IMG/VR virus record: IMGVR_UViG_3300046507_000506
Coordinates: 29,642-93,641 of that record
Strand: one strand, 5' to 3'
DNA length: 64,000 nt
Source: a virus
Each line of letters opens with the position of its first letter. Position 1 is the stretch's first letter. Below, one piece after another: positions 1-7,837 of this stretch. The notes under the pieces were generated by a model that saw only the letters and a program-made list of their open reading frames with translations, was not told the DNA's origin and searched no databases. Both the position numbers and the translations under genes were made by a program.

Positions 1-2827
1 ACGTCCAGCTTAGGAAGCCCTTTTTGCGATCCTCCGTCGCGCAGTAGTTTCGCAGCTCATCGCCGCTCGCGTCCGCGTTGCAGTAGTTCAGGCTGTAGAC
101 GTCGAAAACGTGCTTCGCGCGCAGCGTCATCAGCTGCTCGTTGACCTCCTTGGAGAACGCAAGCGAGTCCGCGTCTGTGAGCTTGAAATAAGCCCCGGTG
201 TTCTCATTCCATCCCGTCAGCCACGACTCGAACATCACGCCCGAACACGACTGGATATAGTTGTTCAGGTTCGAGAATCCCCGGTTTGAAATCAGCTTCG
301 TGCCGGTTCGCGCCTTCAGGTTGTTCACGAGCGCAGCCATCGCGTCGCCCATCTGCGGATACACGTCGGCATCGTCAGGCGTGTCCATGAAAATGCCGTT
401 CATGCGGTGCCCCTTGCGGGTGTACGAAATCAGCAAGGTCTGATTCGCCGTCACCGCAGGCGTGATGCCCGCATTGAACACAAAGGCTCCCGTCTTCATG
501 TCCATCGTGTAGTCCGCATTCTTGCGATAGATGCCCGTCACGCCATCGAGCGTGGTGAGGGTGATATCCGCGTCCGCATCAATCGGGAATTGCGCCGTAT
601 CGAACACGAGCACCGGACCTGATGAAATCGTGGCCGCCTTGACCGTGACCGCCTCGTTTGTCACGACGACCGGGCCTCCGAGCACGGTCGGCACGTAGTA
701 GCTCATGATGCGATCCAGCCACGACGGCTTGCCCGCGTCCGCGTAGTACGCCGCCCACACGCCATTCTGATCGGGCACGGTCGGATTGGCGATGCTGAAG
801 TCCTGCATGTAGCCGCCATCGACCTGTTGATATTTCGGGCACTTGGTGCCCGTTTGCAGTTGGTGGATGGGCTTGTAGCTTGGGCAGGTTGCGTTCGTGC
901 AGGCGGTGTTCGCATCCGGCCGCTGCCATTTGTTCGCCGACGTGAAGCCCGCACCGCAAGCGCCACCGGTTGAAAACGCCAGATACCCGTTCAGGCTGTC
1001 GAAGCTACAGGCCGCGCTGCAACGGCCGGTTCCCATGAAGTACATAGGTTGGGCCTGCGCACAGGTCTTGGTGCCCGCCACGGCCTGATTGTCGAATGTG
1101 CACTCGGTGCATTCGCGACCCTGATACCCGCCCTTCATGTAGTAGCTGGCATTGCCACCCGGCCCGCCACCATCGCCGACATAAGGCGCATTGGCCGAAA
1201 GGAAGTCGTACCGGTTCGAGTAGAAACCATCCTCCTCGCCTATCGAGATATAGCCGTACACCTCGATACCCATTGCCTGCCACGCCAGCACGTCGGCCGC
1301 GCGCGCCGCAAACGGATCGACAATCAGAATGTCGTACTGCGCGAGGGTATCGGCATAGCCCGGCTGGTAGCACACGGCATAGGTCGGAAAGCGCTCAAGC
1401 ACCTCGGTGTATGCGATGTTGCTGTTCTGCCGCACGACCGCGCCGGACGAATCGAGCGCACCCGCCACCGGCGCATCGTAGGAAAGCGAATAGCCATCGT
1501 CCGCCACATTGACCACCGGCAGCGCATACGGCTGCTGCGCATTGGCAACGATGTTCACCGTCTCGGTGATCTGCGAATAGAACGCGCTCGCGGTCCAGCT
1601 TGCCGAGACAAAAATCACGAACTTTTTGCTCGTCGTGCTCTGGCGTAACACGCAGGTATTCGTGCCGGTCGCGGGCCATCCCGAAATCGTTGCGGTGAAA
1701 AGCTGATCCTGATTTGCATTACATGACACGGTCCCCATGAGGGTGCCGTTACCGTCATAGACGTTGAAAATCCCGTAGCCGAAATCCTGCTCGACCGTGA
1801 TCGACAACGATGAACCGGTGAAGGTAAAGGAAAGCTGGTTCGACGCGCTCCCGGCTGCATTGTTGTAGATACGCGTCACGCCGCCGGGCGCGGCCGTGTC
1901 CTTTGACCATGCACCCGTCGCGGTGATCGCGGAACTGTCCGCCGCCATTGTCACATTGACGGCCTGGCTGATCGTTCCATTCGGGTCTTGATACAGCGCC
2001 GAGAGCGCGAGCGGAAACACCTTCTGCCCGCTGACTTCGTCGCCGGTGAAAGCGGGCATGATGACCTGATGCACCGGCGCGCCGTCATTGAGCACGGCCG
2101 CGCTGGTTGGAGCGAGCGCAGCATTGTTCGCATCCACCACCGTGGCCGGATAGGTGAGCGAGACATTGGTAATCGCCTTGCCGCTGCGATTGACGAGGCT
2201 CAGCGTCTGCTGGTTCTGCACGAGCTTTTTGCTCGACGGCACAATCCAGACAGCGTCCTGCACGAGGTCACGGCTCTGGAAGCTGTACGTCTTGTAGCCT
2301 GCGAGCGCGAGATACGCCTCGCCGGTGCCGTTCGCATAGATCACGCAGGTATGCGGACCATTGCTCAGGCCGTCGGCCACGAGCACATCAGCGTAGTCCG
2401 GCCCGTCTAGCTGGTAGGTTGCCGAGTCGCAGGAAACCGTGTTCGCGTAGCCAAGAATGCCGCTGATGGTCGAGGGCTGTACGCCGTCGATAAAGACCTT
2501 ATGCGCGGTCCCCCATCCAAAGTCCGTATTCAGACGCAGCACGAGCGTTGTGCCGGTGAAATGGATTGTGACCGCACCCTTCAGACAGAAGGCGCGCTTT
2601 TCCTGCAACGTCGTCGGGATTGTGTTCGGGCCGCTGTCGCGCACCCAGTCGCTTGTCCCGACGTTCGTGCTCGGCGGAATGGTGAAATTGCCACTCGATA
2701 GCGAGACGCTGGCGTCATCAATGCTGGCCCACTGGGAGCGGTTATCACGGTAGTTCGTACCAACGCCGTCCCACGTCTGACTGCTCTGGATCAACACCGC
2801 ATCGGTGTATTTTACGAGCGCTGCCAT
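1..2827 (-). CDS. Large virion/tail-associated protein (>942 aa, runs off window) with beta-rich N-terminal domains and a C-terminal GH114/GH166 (PelA-like) glycoside hydrolase barrel; putative depolymerase
   Basis: Manual translation from ATG 2827 (TAATG overlap with upstream stop) is open to base 1: MAALVKYTDAV...YDILIVDP...YGYISIGEED...GIFMDTPD...LISNRGF...GVMFES...VYSLNY. Absent from ORF track because there is no stop in the window. Confidence 0.8.
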   Translation of the reverse strand, partial: MAALVKYTDAVLIQSSQTWDGVGTNYRDNRSQWASIDDASVSLSSGNFTIPPSTNVGTSDWVRDSGPNTIPTTLQEKRAFCLKGAVTIHFTGTTLVLRLNTDFGWGTAHKVFIDGVQPSTISGILGYANTVSCDSATYQLDGPDYADVLVADGLSNGPHTCVIYANGTGEAYLALAGYKTYSFQSRDLVQDAVWIVPSSKKLVQNQQTLSLVNRSGKAITNVSLTYPATVVDANNAALAPTSAAVLNDGAPVHQVIMPAFTGDEVSGQKVFPLALSALYQDPNGTISQAVNVTMAADSSAITATGAWSKDTAAPGGVTRIYNNAAGSASNQLSFTFTGSSLSITVEQDFGYGIFNVYDGNGTLMGTVSCNANQDQLFTATISGWPATGTNTCVLRQSTTSKKFVIFVSASWTASAFYSQITETVNIVANAQQPYALPVVNVADDGYSLSYDAPVAGALDSSGAVVRQNSNIAYTEVLERFPTYAVCYQPGYADTLAQYDILIVDPFAARAADVLAWQAMGIEVYGYISIGEEDGFYSNRYDFLSANAPYVGDGGGPGGNASYYMKGGYQGRECTECTFDNQAVAGTKTCAQAQPMYFMGTGRCSAACSFDSLNGYLAFSTGGACGAGFTSANKWQRPDANTACTNATCPSYKPIHQLQTGTKCPKYQQVDGGYMQDFSIANPTVPDQNGVWAAYYADAGKPSWLDRIMSYYVPTVLGGPVVVTNEAVTVKAATISSGPVLVFDTAQFPIDADADITLTTLDGVTGIYRKNADYTMDMKTGAFVFNAGITPAVTANQTLLISYTRKGHRMNGIFMDTPDDADVYPQMGDAMAALVNNLKARTGTKLISNRGFSNLNNYIQSCSGVMFESWLTGWNENTGAYFKLTDADSLAFSKEVNEQLMTLRAKHVFDVYSLNYCNADASGDELRNYCATEDRKKGFLSWT

Positions 2828-3438
2828 TACTGAATCCCAAGGAGCTTGATTTCCACATCCAGCGTCATTGGGTTGGCATCAATGTTCGTGACGAGCACAA
2901 ACAGATTGCCGGACGCAAGCGGCGGAATGAAAAAGGAGGCGTTGTCGATAAAGGCCGGATCGGTGATCCCGCTCGACCGGTAGAGCAGCGCACCGGCCGC
3001 GCTGCCGTCATAAAACTCCAGTTCGTAGTTCTGGTTGCCGACGGTCTGATTGGTCGCCTTCACCTGCAACACGAACGAACCGAACGCCGTGCCCACGGCG
3101 AGCGTTGCATTGGCTGTTGCGCCAACGGCGGCAGCAACCGCGATAGACGGCGGCGCGAGCGTGCGCGATGCCACGCCCTCCGTTGCGGTCGAGGCCGCAA
3201 GTTGGGCGGCGGCGGCACTGTCAGAAGCCTGTTGCGCGCTTGTCGATGCGTGGCCCTCCGACGTGGATGCAGCTTGGGCGGCAGCTTCGGCGGCGGCAGC
3301 AGAGGCAGCGGCATCGCCGATCTGACCCAACGCCGTCGTCGCGGTCTGCGCAGCGTCCGTCGCCTGCGCGACAAGCGCTTTCATCGTCTTGGAAATGCCC
3401 GTAAGCTGCCAGAGCTTTATCCACTCGCCATAGTTCAT
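2827..3438 (-). CDS. Tail fibre-associated protein with Ala/Ser-rich helical repeat and beta-rich C-terminus
   Basis: AAASAAAAEAAAQAASTSEGHASTSAQQASDSAAAA resembles tail-fibre shaft repeats; coupled to both neighbours. Confidence 0.6.
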   Translation of the reverse strand: MNYGEWIKLWQLTGISKTMKALVAQATDAAQTATTALGQIGDAAASAAAAEAAAQAASTSEGHASTSAQQASDSAAAAQLAASTATEGVASRTLAPPSIAVAAAVGATANATLAVGTAFGSFVLQVKATNQTVGNQNYELEFYDGSAAGALLYRSSGITDPAFIDNASFFIPPLASGNLFVLVTNIDANPMTLDVEIKLLGIQ

Positions 3439-3629
3439 TGCTTCACCCAGGCGCTTTCGCTGGTCATGCCCATCGCGGTGAAGGTGTAGGTCTTCTTGAA
3501 CTTCGTCACGCCGTCCGGTGCCGTGACGGTGTCGCTGTCCATCTGCCCGTCAGGACCGTTGTACGTGTAGTCGTGCTTGCACAGTTCCGTGTCGATAAAC
3601 CCGGCTGTCGCGTCATAGATAATTGCCAC
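3435..3629 (-). CDS. Small hypothetical late protein
   Basis: 64 aa, ATGA overlap with next gene, directly downstream of late-promoter motif. Confidence 0.65.
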   Translation of the reverse strand: MAIIYDATAGFIDTELCKHDYTYNGPDGQMDSDTVTAPDGVTKFKKTYTFTAMGMTSESAWVKQ

Positions 3630-3657
3630 GGAATGCCCCTATAGATACCGTGCGTCG

Positions 3658-3700
3658 ATTATCAGAGGGCAAGGCGGCGCGGGCGGGCGTGCTTTTCCGA
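3658..3700 (-). promoter_or_regulatory. Putative late promoter TCGGAAAA-N29-GATAAT
   Basis: Same motif and spacing as at 9469, 39737, 43048, 48608 and 59091. Confidence 0.7.
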
Positions 3701-3705
3701 GGAGC

Positions 3706-3891
3706 TTATTCGAGCGCGGTTTTCACGAGCACCGCGAGGCGTAGATACTCGCCTACCCACTTCGGGAACCTCTGCGCGCCCATCCATCGCGAAACGGTCG
3801 TCGGATCGACGCCGAGGCGGCGCGCGAACTCTGCTTGCGTCCATCCAAGCGTGGCGAGAGAATGGGAAAAGTCGGCTGTTTTCATAGCCAT
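3706..3891 (-). CDS. Small XRE-family HTH protein
   Basis: LGWTQAEFARRLGVDPTTVSRW helix-turn-helix. Confidence 0.8.
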   Translation of the reverse strand: MAMKTADFSHSLATLGWTQAEFARRLGVDPTTVSRWMGAQRFPKWVGEYLRLAVLVKTALE

Positions 3892-3898
3892 GATCTTA

Positions 3899-3944
3899 GC
3901 AAAATGCAGAGCTTTGCGCGGGTCAGTATCTGCATTTTGCAGAT
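3899..3944. promoter_or_regulatory. Inverted-repeat operator-like site between divergent genes
   Basis: GCAAAATGCAGA (3899-3910) and TCTGCATTTTGC (3929-3940) are exact reverse complements; ATCTGCATTTTGCAGAT is itself near-palindromic. Confidence 0.55.
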
Positions 3945-3954
3945 TGGAGGGTTT

Positions 3955-4203
3955 ATGGACTTACCGCAAGCTGATGGCGCTGACCCGGCCACCGTTTTCA
4001 CGGCCGCACTTGCCGCCCTGTTCAGCACACACCCCGATCCTGCGGCCCTCCTGAAGGCTTGGGAGCCCGTCGCCACGTCCATCCCCCTGATGATGCTGAA
4101 GAACGGCGCTACGGACGTGCACGCGAATGCAAACGTGGTGATCGCGCAGGCACTGCTCCATATCGCGCGAGTGAATGCAGGCGCGCCGCCACCTGTTGAC
4201 TAG
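3955..4203 (+). CDS. Hypothetical protein (MDLPQADG...)
   Basis: GGAGG RBS before ATG 3955. Confidence 0.65.
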   Translation: MDLPQADGADPATVFTAALAALFSTHPDPAALLKAWEPVATSIPLMMLKNGATDVHANANVVIAQALLHIARVNAGAPPPVD

Positions 4204-4396
4204 GAAACCCGCGCTTCATACACTGGCGACGCTTTCACACATGGCGGCTTGGTGCAGTAAGAGCCTGCCCCGCCAGTGCCAGCCGGTCGCGCGAGCGACG
4301 TATGCGGATAGCCGCCATTGTGAAAGCCGCTCCCATGCGGTCCAGTTAGCAAGTCGCCTTGTGCCGCTTGTCCGCATCGCTGCAATGGGAGCACCT

Positions 4397-4536
4397 TCAG
4401 CACGGCCGTAGCTCAGTTGGTAGAGCGCCCCTCGTATGGGGAGAGAAGTAGTCGCGAAATGGCGGTAGCGCCCGCGCGACGATCTTCCGGTATCGGCCGG
4501 TACGCGCGCGGGTTCGAATCCCGTCGGCCGTGCTGA
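4397..4536 (+). ncRNA. tRNA-like RNA with canonical D and T arms but no canonical anticodon arm
   Basis: TAGCTCAGTTGGTAGAGC D arm, GCGGGTTCGAATCCCGT T arm, 12-bp closing stem TCAGCACGGCCG/CGGCCGTGCTGA, ~80-nt multi-hairpin insert, no CCA. Confidence 0.7.
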
Positions 4537-4871
4537 GGGTGAATGGTGGACGTGAAACTATGTCCCTTACTTTGCATGCACTGACCTGCCTCTGACTGTA
4601 CTGCGAATCAGACCGAGTCATCATTCACTCTCAACAGATGCGGAACCGTGGGCGGCGGTGAGTCAGTAGGGAAAGCGTCGATTGAACGATGTAGCGTTCG
4701 GCGCGGAGCCCGAAAGCAATAGACCGTGCGAGTGGTCGAGCATGCCGTTAAAGCGCAAGGTTCTGGCGCATGAGCAGGGGAAGGGCCTGCACTCTCACGC
4801 ATGGCGATCGGTGGAGTACCGTTCAAGAAATCGTCAGTTCCGTGCGCTTGCGGAACCAGTCGCCATGACGT

Positions 4872-4946
4872 GAGAGTGATCGGATAGTGGAAAGCGCAGG
4901 CGTCACAGCCGTCTAGCAGGGTTCGATACCGTGCCCTTTCACTCTC
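4872..4946 (+). ncRNA. Second, degenerate tRNA-like element
   Basis: GAGAGTGA/TCACTCTC closing stem, TAGTGGAAAG D-loop-like segment, GGC-GTCACA-GCC hairpin, GGTTCGATACC T-loop. Confidence 0.5.
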
Positions 4947-5031
4947 AACGCGCGGCCTGTAAGGGTTGTACCGGCCAGCCAGTGACCCCTTAAAAGGTCC
5001 GCCGCGCACCCTTCCCCCTCACACCACCACC

Positions 5032-5514
5032 ATGACATTTCCCTTCCGCGATACCGAAGCGGCGCTAATGGCCGCCGAAATTCGAGAGCAGATTTACGAG
5101 GATTTCCGTTCGGTTGTGGGCACGAATGAGCCCAAGCCTTATACACCGCCCGCGCCGATGCCGACATACGAGGAAATGACCGAGCAGTTGCATCGCGCGG
5201 CGAATCCCACGCCTGCCGACGTGGCGGCGCGCATGCTCAACCAGCAAGCGCAATCCGGTGCACCGCCTTGGTCTTGGGAATGGGTGATGGGCGAACCGCT
5301 ATGGCTCGAAATGCGCCGGGCAATGAAGCGCGTGAAGCGTGAAGCGCCCGCGTATGCGCCGCTGCCGGAAAGCGTCACCAAGCCGGAAGTGCTCGACCTG
5401 GTAGACCTGCGCGACGCTGGCTATGAGTTGTTGGACGTGACAGCCGACGGCGTTGTTACGCTGCGCTCGCCCCATACCGTGCGAGCCGTCTACATGACTG
5501 CGACCATTCGCTAG
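5032..5514 (+). CDS. Hypothetical protein
   Basis: Open frame from ATG 5032, followed by terminator. Confidence 0.65.
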   Translation: MTFPFRDTEAALMAAEIREQIYEDFRSVVGTNEPKPYTPPAPMPTYEEMTEQLHRAANPTPADVAARMLNQQAQSGAPPWSWEWVMGEPLWLEMRRAMKRVKREAPAYAPLPESVTKPEVLDLVDLRDAGYELLDVTADGVVTLRSPHTVRAVYMTATIR

Positions 5515-5532
5515 TGATCGCGCCAAGCCAAC

Positions 5533-5564
5533 GAAAAGGCCCGGCATTGCGTCCGGGCCTTTTC
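5533..5564. terminator. Bidirectional rho-independent terminator
   Basis: GAAAAGGCCCGG...CCGGGCCTTTTC between convergent genes. Confidence 0.85.
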
Positions 5565-5572
5565 ACATTCCG

Positions 5573-5971
5573 CTAGATCGGGTGATTCTTTACGAGGTAT
5601 TCGCTCGCCTCGTCTACCGTATCAAACTCAGCGAGCACAACGTAATCCTCATCCGGGCGTTGCGGCATTCGCGCCAGCTTGACCTTGGGCACGTCCATGA
5701 TGATGGTCGGACGCTGGCGACCGCGCAGATAGTCCGCCTGCAACGCCTCTGCCAGTATGCAAGCCTCATCATAGGTATCGACCATGCCGAGGTATGTGGG
5801 CCGGTCCCACGCGCCGCCGTTCAGGCATCGGACCTCGATCTTTCCATCGTCTCGCGTTACGCCGTAAGGATGATCCCACCAGGCATCAAGCTCGGCTTTG
5901 CTGCGCTCCTCATTGGGCGTGGCGTCGAACATTTCCGGCAGGTCTGGATCAAGGGGAATGCGGTTGGGCAT
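5573..5971 (-). CDS. Hypothetical protein
   Basis: 132 aa, AAAAGGAG RBS, protein-like composition. Confidence 0.75.
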   Translation of the reverse strand: MPNRIPLDPDLPEMFDATPNEERSKAELDAWWDHPYGVTRDDGKIEVRCLNGGAWDRPTYLGMVDTYDEACILAEALQADYLRGRQRPTIIMDVPKVKLARMPQRPDEDYVVLAEFDTVDEASEYLVKNHPI

Positions 5972-6013
5972 GGCGGCTCCTTTTGTGGTGTCCCGCCATT
6001 GTGCCGCAACCGC

Positions 6014-6367
6014 TCACCTTCTACCTATACCGCGCATCTGCTTGCGCTTGCGACGGTCCTGATTCACGCGGGCATTGAACAGCGCCCGCGCCTGCTTTTC
6101 ACGCCACACGTTCTCGCGTCGCAGCCGCGCCGTCTCGCGCCGGTAGCTGTCGTCATAGACCGGCTCGCACTCCTGCTCGAATCGCGCCGGGTAGCGCGTG
6201 CGCACGAGGGCGTCGAGGTCAAGCGCGGGCGGCTCGTCTTTGGGCAGGAGCACGCGCGCGCCGCAATCCTGCACGATGACGTTCGCCACCTCATGCGCGA
6301 GCGCAAGGGCCAGCGCACGGCCAGCCGCGCCGCCCGTAAAGATGATGACGCCGCAGCCCCTGCTCAC
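6014..6367 (-). CDS. Hypothetical protein
   Basis: Coupled (4-bp overlap) in a minus-strand operon. Confidence 0.6.
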   Translation of the reverse strand: MSRGCGVIIFTGGAAGRALALALAHEVANVIVQDCGARVLLPKDEPPALDLDALVRTRYPARFEQECEPVYDDSYRRETARLRRENVWREKQARALFNARVNQDRRKRKQMRGIGRR

Positions 6368-6669
6368 GCCCTGCCCTCGCGCCCCGCGCCGAACCCGATC
6401 AGCAGCAGGAACACCACGAGCGCGAGCACGCGCAATGCGCTATCGGCGGTGAAGGGTTGGCCGGGCTCGCCGATACCCTTGATCGCCGCGATGACGGCCA
6501 GAACGATGATGGCGATTGCGAGTGTGCGGCGGCCTGACCTGCACACGAAGCGGCCGACAACGCACGCCGCCGCGAGCATCCATTCAGCCAGGACAATGAA
6601 CGCCTTGCCGAGATAGGCACACATCACCCATACGACGTACCAAAATAACTCTTTGACCTGATCTTTCAT
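6364..6669 (-). CDS. Hypothetical membrane protein
   Basis: Several hydrophobic segments; ATGA overlap. Confidence 0.6.
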   Translation of the reverse strand: MKDQVKELFWYVVWVMCAYLGKAFIVLAEWMLAAACVVGRFVCRSGRRTLAIAIIVLAVIAAIKGIGEPGQPFTADSALRVLALVVFLLLIGFGAGREGRA

Positions 6670-6863
6670 TGCACTTCCTTCTGTAATGCCCGCAGGTGGG
6701 CGAGTTGATTCGACACGAGCGAGTGACGCGTTTCGAGCCAGTTGTTGTACTGCTCGATGCGGTTCGCCTTGCGCTTATGGCGCAGACAGTCAAATTCCGC
6801 CCACACCCATCCGGCGATAGCAAACGCGAGCATGACTGCGAGGGCGATACTCAGTGTCGTCAT
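6666..6863 (-). CDS. Small membrane-anchored protein
   Basis: N-terminal TM helix, AAGGA RBS. Confidence 0.6.
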   Translation of the reverse strand: MTTLSIALAVMLAFAIAGWVWAEFDCLRHKRKANRIEQYNNWLETRHSLVSNQLAHLRALQKEVQ

Positions 6864-6967
6864 TCCTTATCTCCCTGTTTGCGCGGCTGTTGAGCGGCGA
6901 ACGGATTGCAGGCATGCGCCATCACCTGCCAGAAAAGCACCCATGCGGTGTACGGATTCAGGCCCAT
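6860..6967 (-). CDS. Very small hypothetical protein (MGLNPYTAWVLFW...)
   Basis: Fills the gap between coupled genes with overlaps at both ends. Confidence 0.4.
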   Translation of the reverse strand: MGLNPYTAWVLFWQVMAHACNPFAAQQPRKQGDKE

Positions 6968-7311
6968 GCGCGCCACTCCATCACGGCCACAACCCAACAC
7001 ACCTTGCAAAACAGGTGGATGGCTTGGTCGGCATTCAGCGAAATGCGCTTCTGGCACTTCGCATGATCGACATAGGCATGAATCACCGCCTCCAACAGAG
7101 CGAGCGCAATCGAGCCAGTGAAAAGCGCGACGAATGCGGCATGAATGAACGCGTGCGCCGCCAGTGCGTGAGGCCAGAACAGCTTGCCGAGAGCGCTATT
7201 GCGGTCCTTTGCCGTCGCGAGGAAATCGCCTTGCAGCGGATAGTCGGCGAGGAAATGCCCCGCCACGAGCCAGAACAGCATGACGGCGGGCGTGAGGTGC
7301 AGGTCGATCAT
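6958..7311 (-). CDS. DUF3307-like membrane protein
   Basis: GHFLADYPLQ...H..IH...H..VD..K...DQAIH motif. Confidence 0.8.
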   Translation of the reverse strand: MIDLHLTPAVMLFWLVAGHFLADYPLQGDFLATAKDRNSALGKLFWPHALAAHAFIHAAFVALFTGSIALALLEAVIHAYVDHAKCQKRISLNADQAIHLFCKVCWVVAVMEWRAWA

Positions 7312-7835
7312 TTCGCCTCCAGTTCGGCAACACGCGCGCGCAGGCGGGCAATCTCGGAAACGCGGTCGCGCCAGCCGGGAATGAACTCATCCAGTTCGCT
7401 GGTTCCGAAGCCACCGCGACAGTTACGCCCGGCCAGGTCGATCAGGGCCGGTTGCGGGCTCCACCGTTTGCAATATGCGTCGTAGGCTTCAAGGTGGAGC
7501 GACCAAGGGATGCCCGGCGTATAGCCCTGTACCGGCGCGCGCTTTTCGGACACTGCCGCGCTCATCGCATCGCCGCGAGCCGCGCGGAAAGCCTCCTCAC
7601 GAGCAAGGAAGGTGAAGTGCGGCCACGCCTTGCGGATCGCATCGGAGCGCGCCGCCGCGCGGCCCTTCTCCTCTACGAAGTCTTCCGGCAGGTTGCACGA
7701 AGCCTCGCCGCGCTCGGTCCAGCCGTTGTCAAACCTCAGTTCGCAAAGCGTGGTGCGGCCATCCGGGCGCGTTTCGTATGCGCTCGATACGATGCGCGCC
7801 TCGATCATGTGGAGTGTGATGCGTTGGATTTTCAT
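7308..7835 (-). CDS. N4 Gp49/Sf6 Gp66-like domain fused to an extra C-terminal domain
   Basis: TTLCELRFDNGWTERGEASC...F.EEKGR..A..DAIRKAW. Confidence 0.7.
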   Translation of the reverse strand: MKIQRITLHMIEARIVSSAYETRPDGRTTLCELRFDNGWTERGEASCNLPEDFVEEKGRAAARSDAIRKAWPHFTFLAREEAFRAARGDAMSAAVSEKRAPVQGYTPGIPWSLHLEAYDAYCKRWSPQPALIDLAGRNCRGGFGTSELDEFIPGWRDRVSEIARLRARVAELEAK

Positions 7836-7837
7836 GA

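Larger units (their letters stand above)
4231..5007 (+). ncRNA. Array of stem-closed structured RNA modules
   Basis: Consecutive closing stems 4231-4327, 4329-4392, 4397-4536, 4535-4632, 4791-4878, 4872-4946, ~4950-5007; no convincing ORF. Confidence 0.65.

Noticed and set aside
1-3629. Invertible tail-fibre cassette or diversity-generating retroelement
   Set aside because: No invertase, crossover-site repeats, reverse transcriptase or TR/VR pair seen within the window
4201-4243. Plus-strand late promoter (TAGGAAAC) for the RNA array
   Set aside because: Box is imperfect and there is no xAxxxT hexamer at 28-29 nt
4397-4536. Functional tRNA gene
   Set aside because: No 7-nt anticodon loop, oversized insert, extended acceptor pairing and no CCA; kept as a tRNA-like ncRNA
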